NCBI GenBank assembly: GCA_963799775.1
Contig: CAWCYD010000003.1
Coordinates: 192,001-256,000 of the forward strand
Direction of reading: 5' to 3'
Length of the DNA stretch: 64,000 nt
Source of the DNA: an uncultured archaeon
GTDB lineage: Archaea > Thermoproteota > Nitrososphaeria > Nitrososphaerales > Gagatemarchaeaceae
Under the pieces are notes generated by a model, which ran no database searches, was not told the DNA's origin, and worked only from the letters and a program-made list of their open reading frames with translations. Positions 63,246 through 64,000 of this stretch are shown one piece after another (the first letter of the stretch is position 1; each line of letters opens with the position of its first letter). The position numbers and the translations under genes are program-made.

Positions 63246-64000
63246 GTGAGCGGAGATGCCTGGAAAGGCAGAGACGTCATCAGCATCTTGGACTTTTCGC
63301 GCAAGGAGCTAGAATCTCTTTTCCAGGCGGCGGACGCCTTCGTCGGCCCACCGAGGCCCCGTAATGACCTCGCCGACTACATCATTGCCACCGCGTTCTT
63401 CGAACCGAGCACCAGGACACGTTTGAGCTTCACCACCGCCGCCCTGAGGCTCGGAGCCAGGGTCATCGACCTCTCCCCTGACGTCTCCTCCCTCCAAAAG
63501 GGGGAGAGCCTGCATGACACCACGATGATGCTCGAGGGCTACTCCGACCTCATCGTCATGCGCCATCCGTCGGAGGGAGCCGCCCTCCTTGCGGCGGAGT
63601 TGAGCTCGGTCCCCGTGGTCAACGGCGGAGACGGGTCGCAGCATCACCCGTCCCAGGCGATGCTCGACCTCTTCACGGTCAAGCGGTTGAAGGGAAGGAT
63701 AGACGGCCTGACCTATGCGGTCCTCGGTGACAACCGTTACGCTAGGAGCGCAACGTCCTTCCTCTACGGGCTGACGAAGTTTAAGCCAAAGATGGTCTAC
63801 GTCATCTCACCTGAGACCCTGAGACCCAGGGACGAGATAACAAAGAAGCTAAAGGGTCTGGGCCTGCGTTTCGAGATCCGCTCTGATGTCGAACAGGTGA
63901 TGGCCAACACCGACGTCCTGTATCTCACGCGTATCCAGAAGGAGAGGTTCCCTGATCCAAACGAGTACGAGAAGGTCAAGGGCAGCTACAAGCTCACAAA
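63246..64000 (+). CDS. pyrB: Aspartate carbamoyltransferase catalytic subunit (runs off window end)
   Basis: FFEPSTRTRLSF, KGESLHDT, MRH, NGGDG..HPSQ, TRIQKERF. Confidence 0.95.
   Translation, partial: MSGDAWKGRDVISILDFSRKELESLFQAADAFVGPPRPRNDLADYIIATAFFEPSTRTRLSFTTAALRLGARVIDLSPDVSSLQKGESLHDTTMMLEGYSDLIVMRHPSEGAALLAAELSSVPVVNGGDGSQHHPSQAMLDLFTVKRLKGRIDGLTYAVLGDNRYARSATSFLYGLTKFKPKMVYVISPETLRPRDEITKKLKGLGLRFEIRSDVEQVMANTDVLYLTRIQKERFPDPNEYEKVKGSYKLT

Noticed and set aside
1-64000. CRISPR arrays, rRNA genes, IS transposases
   Set aside because: No regularly spaced repeats, rRNA-like tracts or transposase motifs seen by inspection

Overview
High-GC archaeal chromosomal segment. The gene set suggests a non-ammonia-oxidising Nitrososphaerota/TACK lineage (inference): thaumarchaeosortase-like protein, divergent FtsZ-like protein, chorismate mutase-aminotransferase fusion, archaeal ADH synthase/DHQ synthase II, aIF2-beta, Rpo12 and a single-OB SSB. 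Many conserved genes are split by single-base indels, most simply explained by long-read assembly errors. Content in order: grpE-dnaK-dnaJ; aIF2b; mtnP-apt-ahcY-metG; FtsZ-like; gcvPA/PB; a ribophorin-I-like membrane protein; nucleotide-sugar genes; a polyphosphate cluster (SixA, Ppx, two Tmk-like PPK3-type subunits, CHAD); an intron-containing tRNA-Gln; an accessory membrane-protein/regulator region; convergent trp and lysC-asd-aro-tyrA operons; GT2, archaeosortase and pyrB. Main finds: (1) both aromatic amino-acid operons are preceded by unannotated short Trp/Tyr/Phe-rich ORFs that share a motif, and the aro leader has competing SD-sequestering helices, a candidate archaeal leader-peptide attenuation system; (2) a 40-aa hydrophobic peptide gene convergent with a tandem Lrp-like regulator, a candidate peptide-signalling pair; (3) two free-standing homing-type endonucleases, each abutting a recoded AT-rich end of a host gene; (4) a 17-nt tRNA intron at position 10/11; (5) a TGTTAC-N7-GTAACA operator defining a local TrmB regulon.
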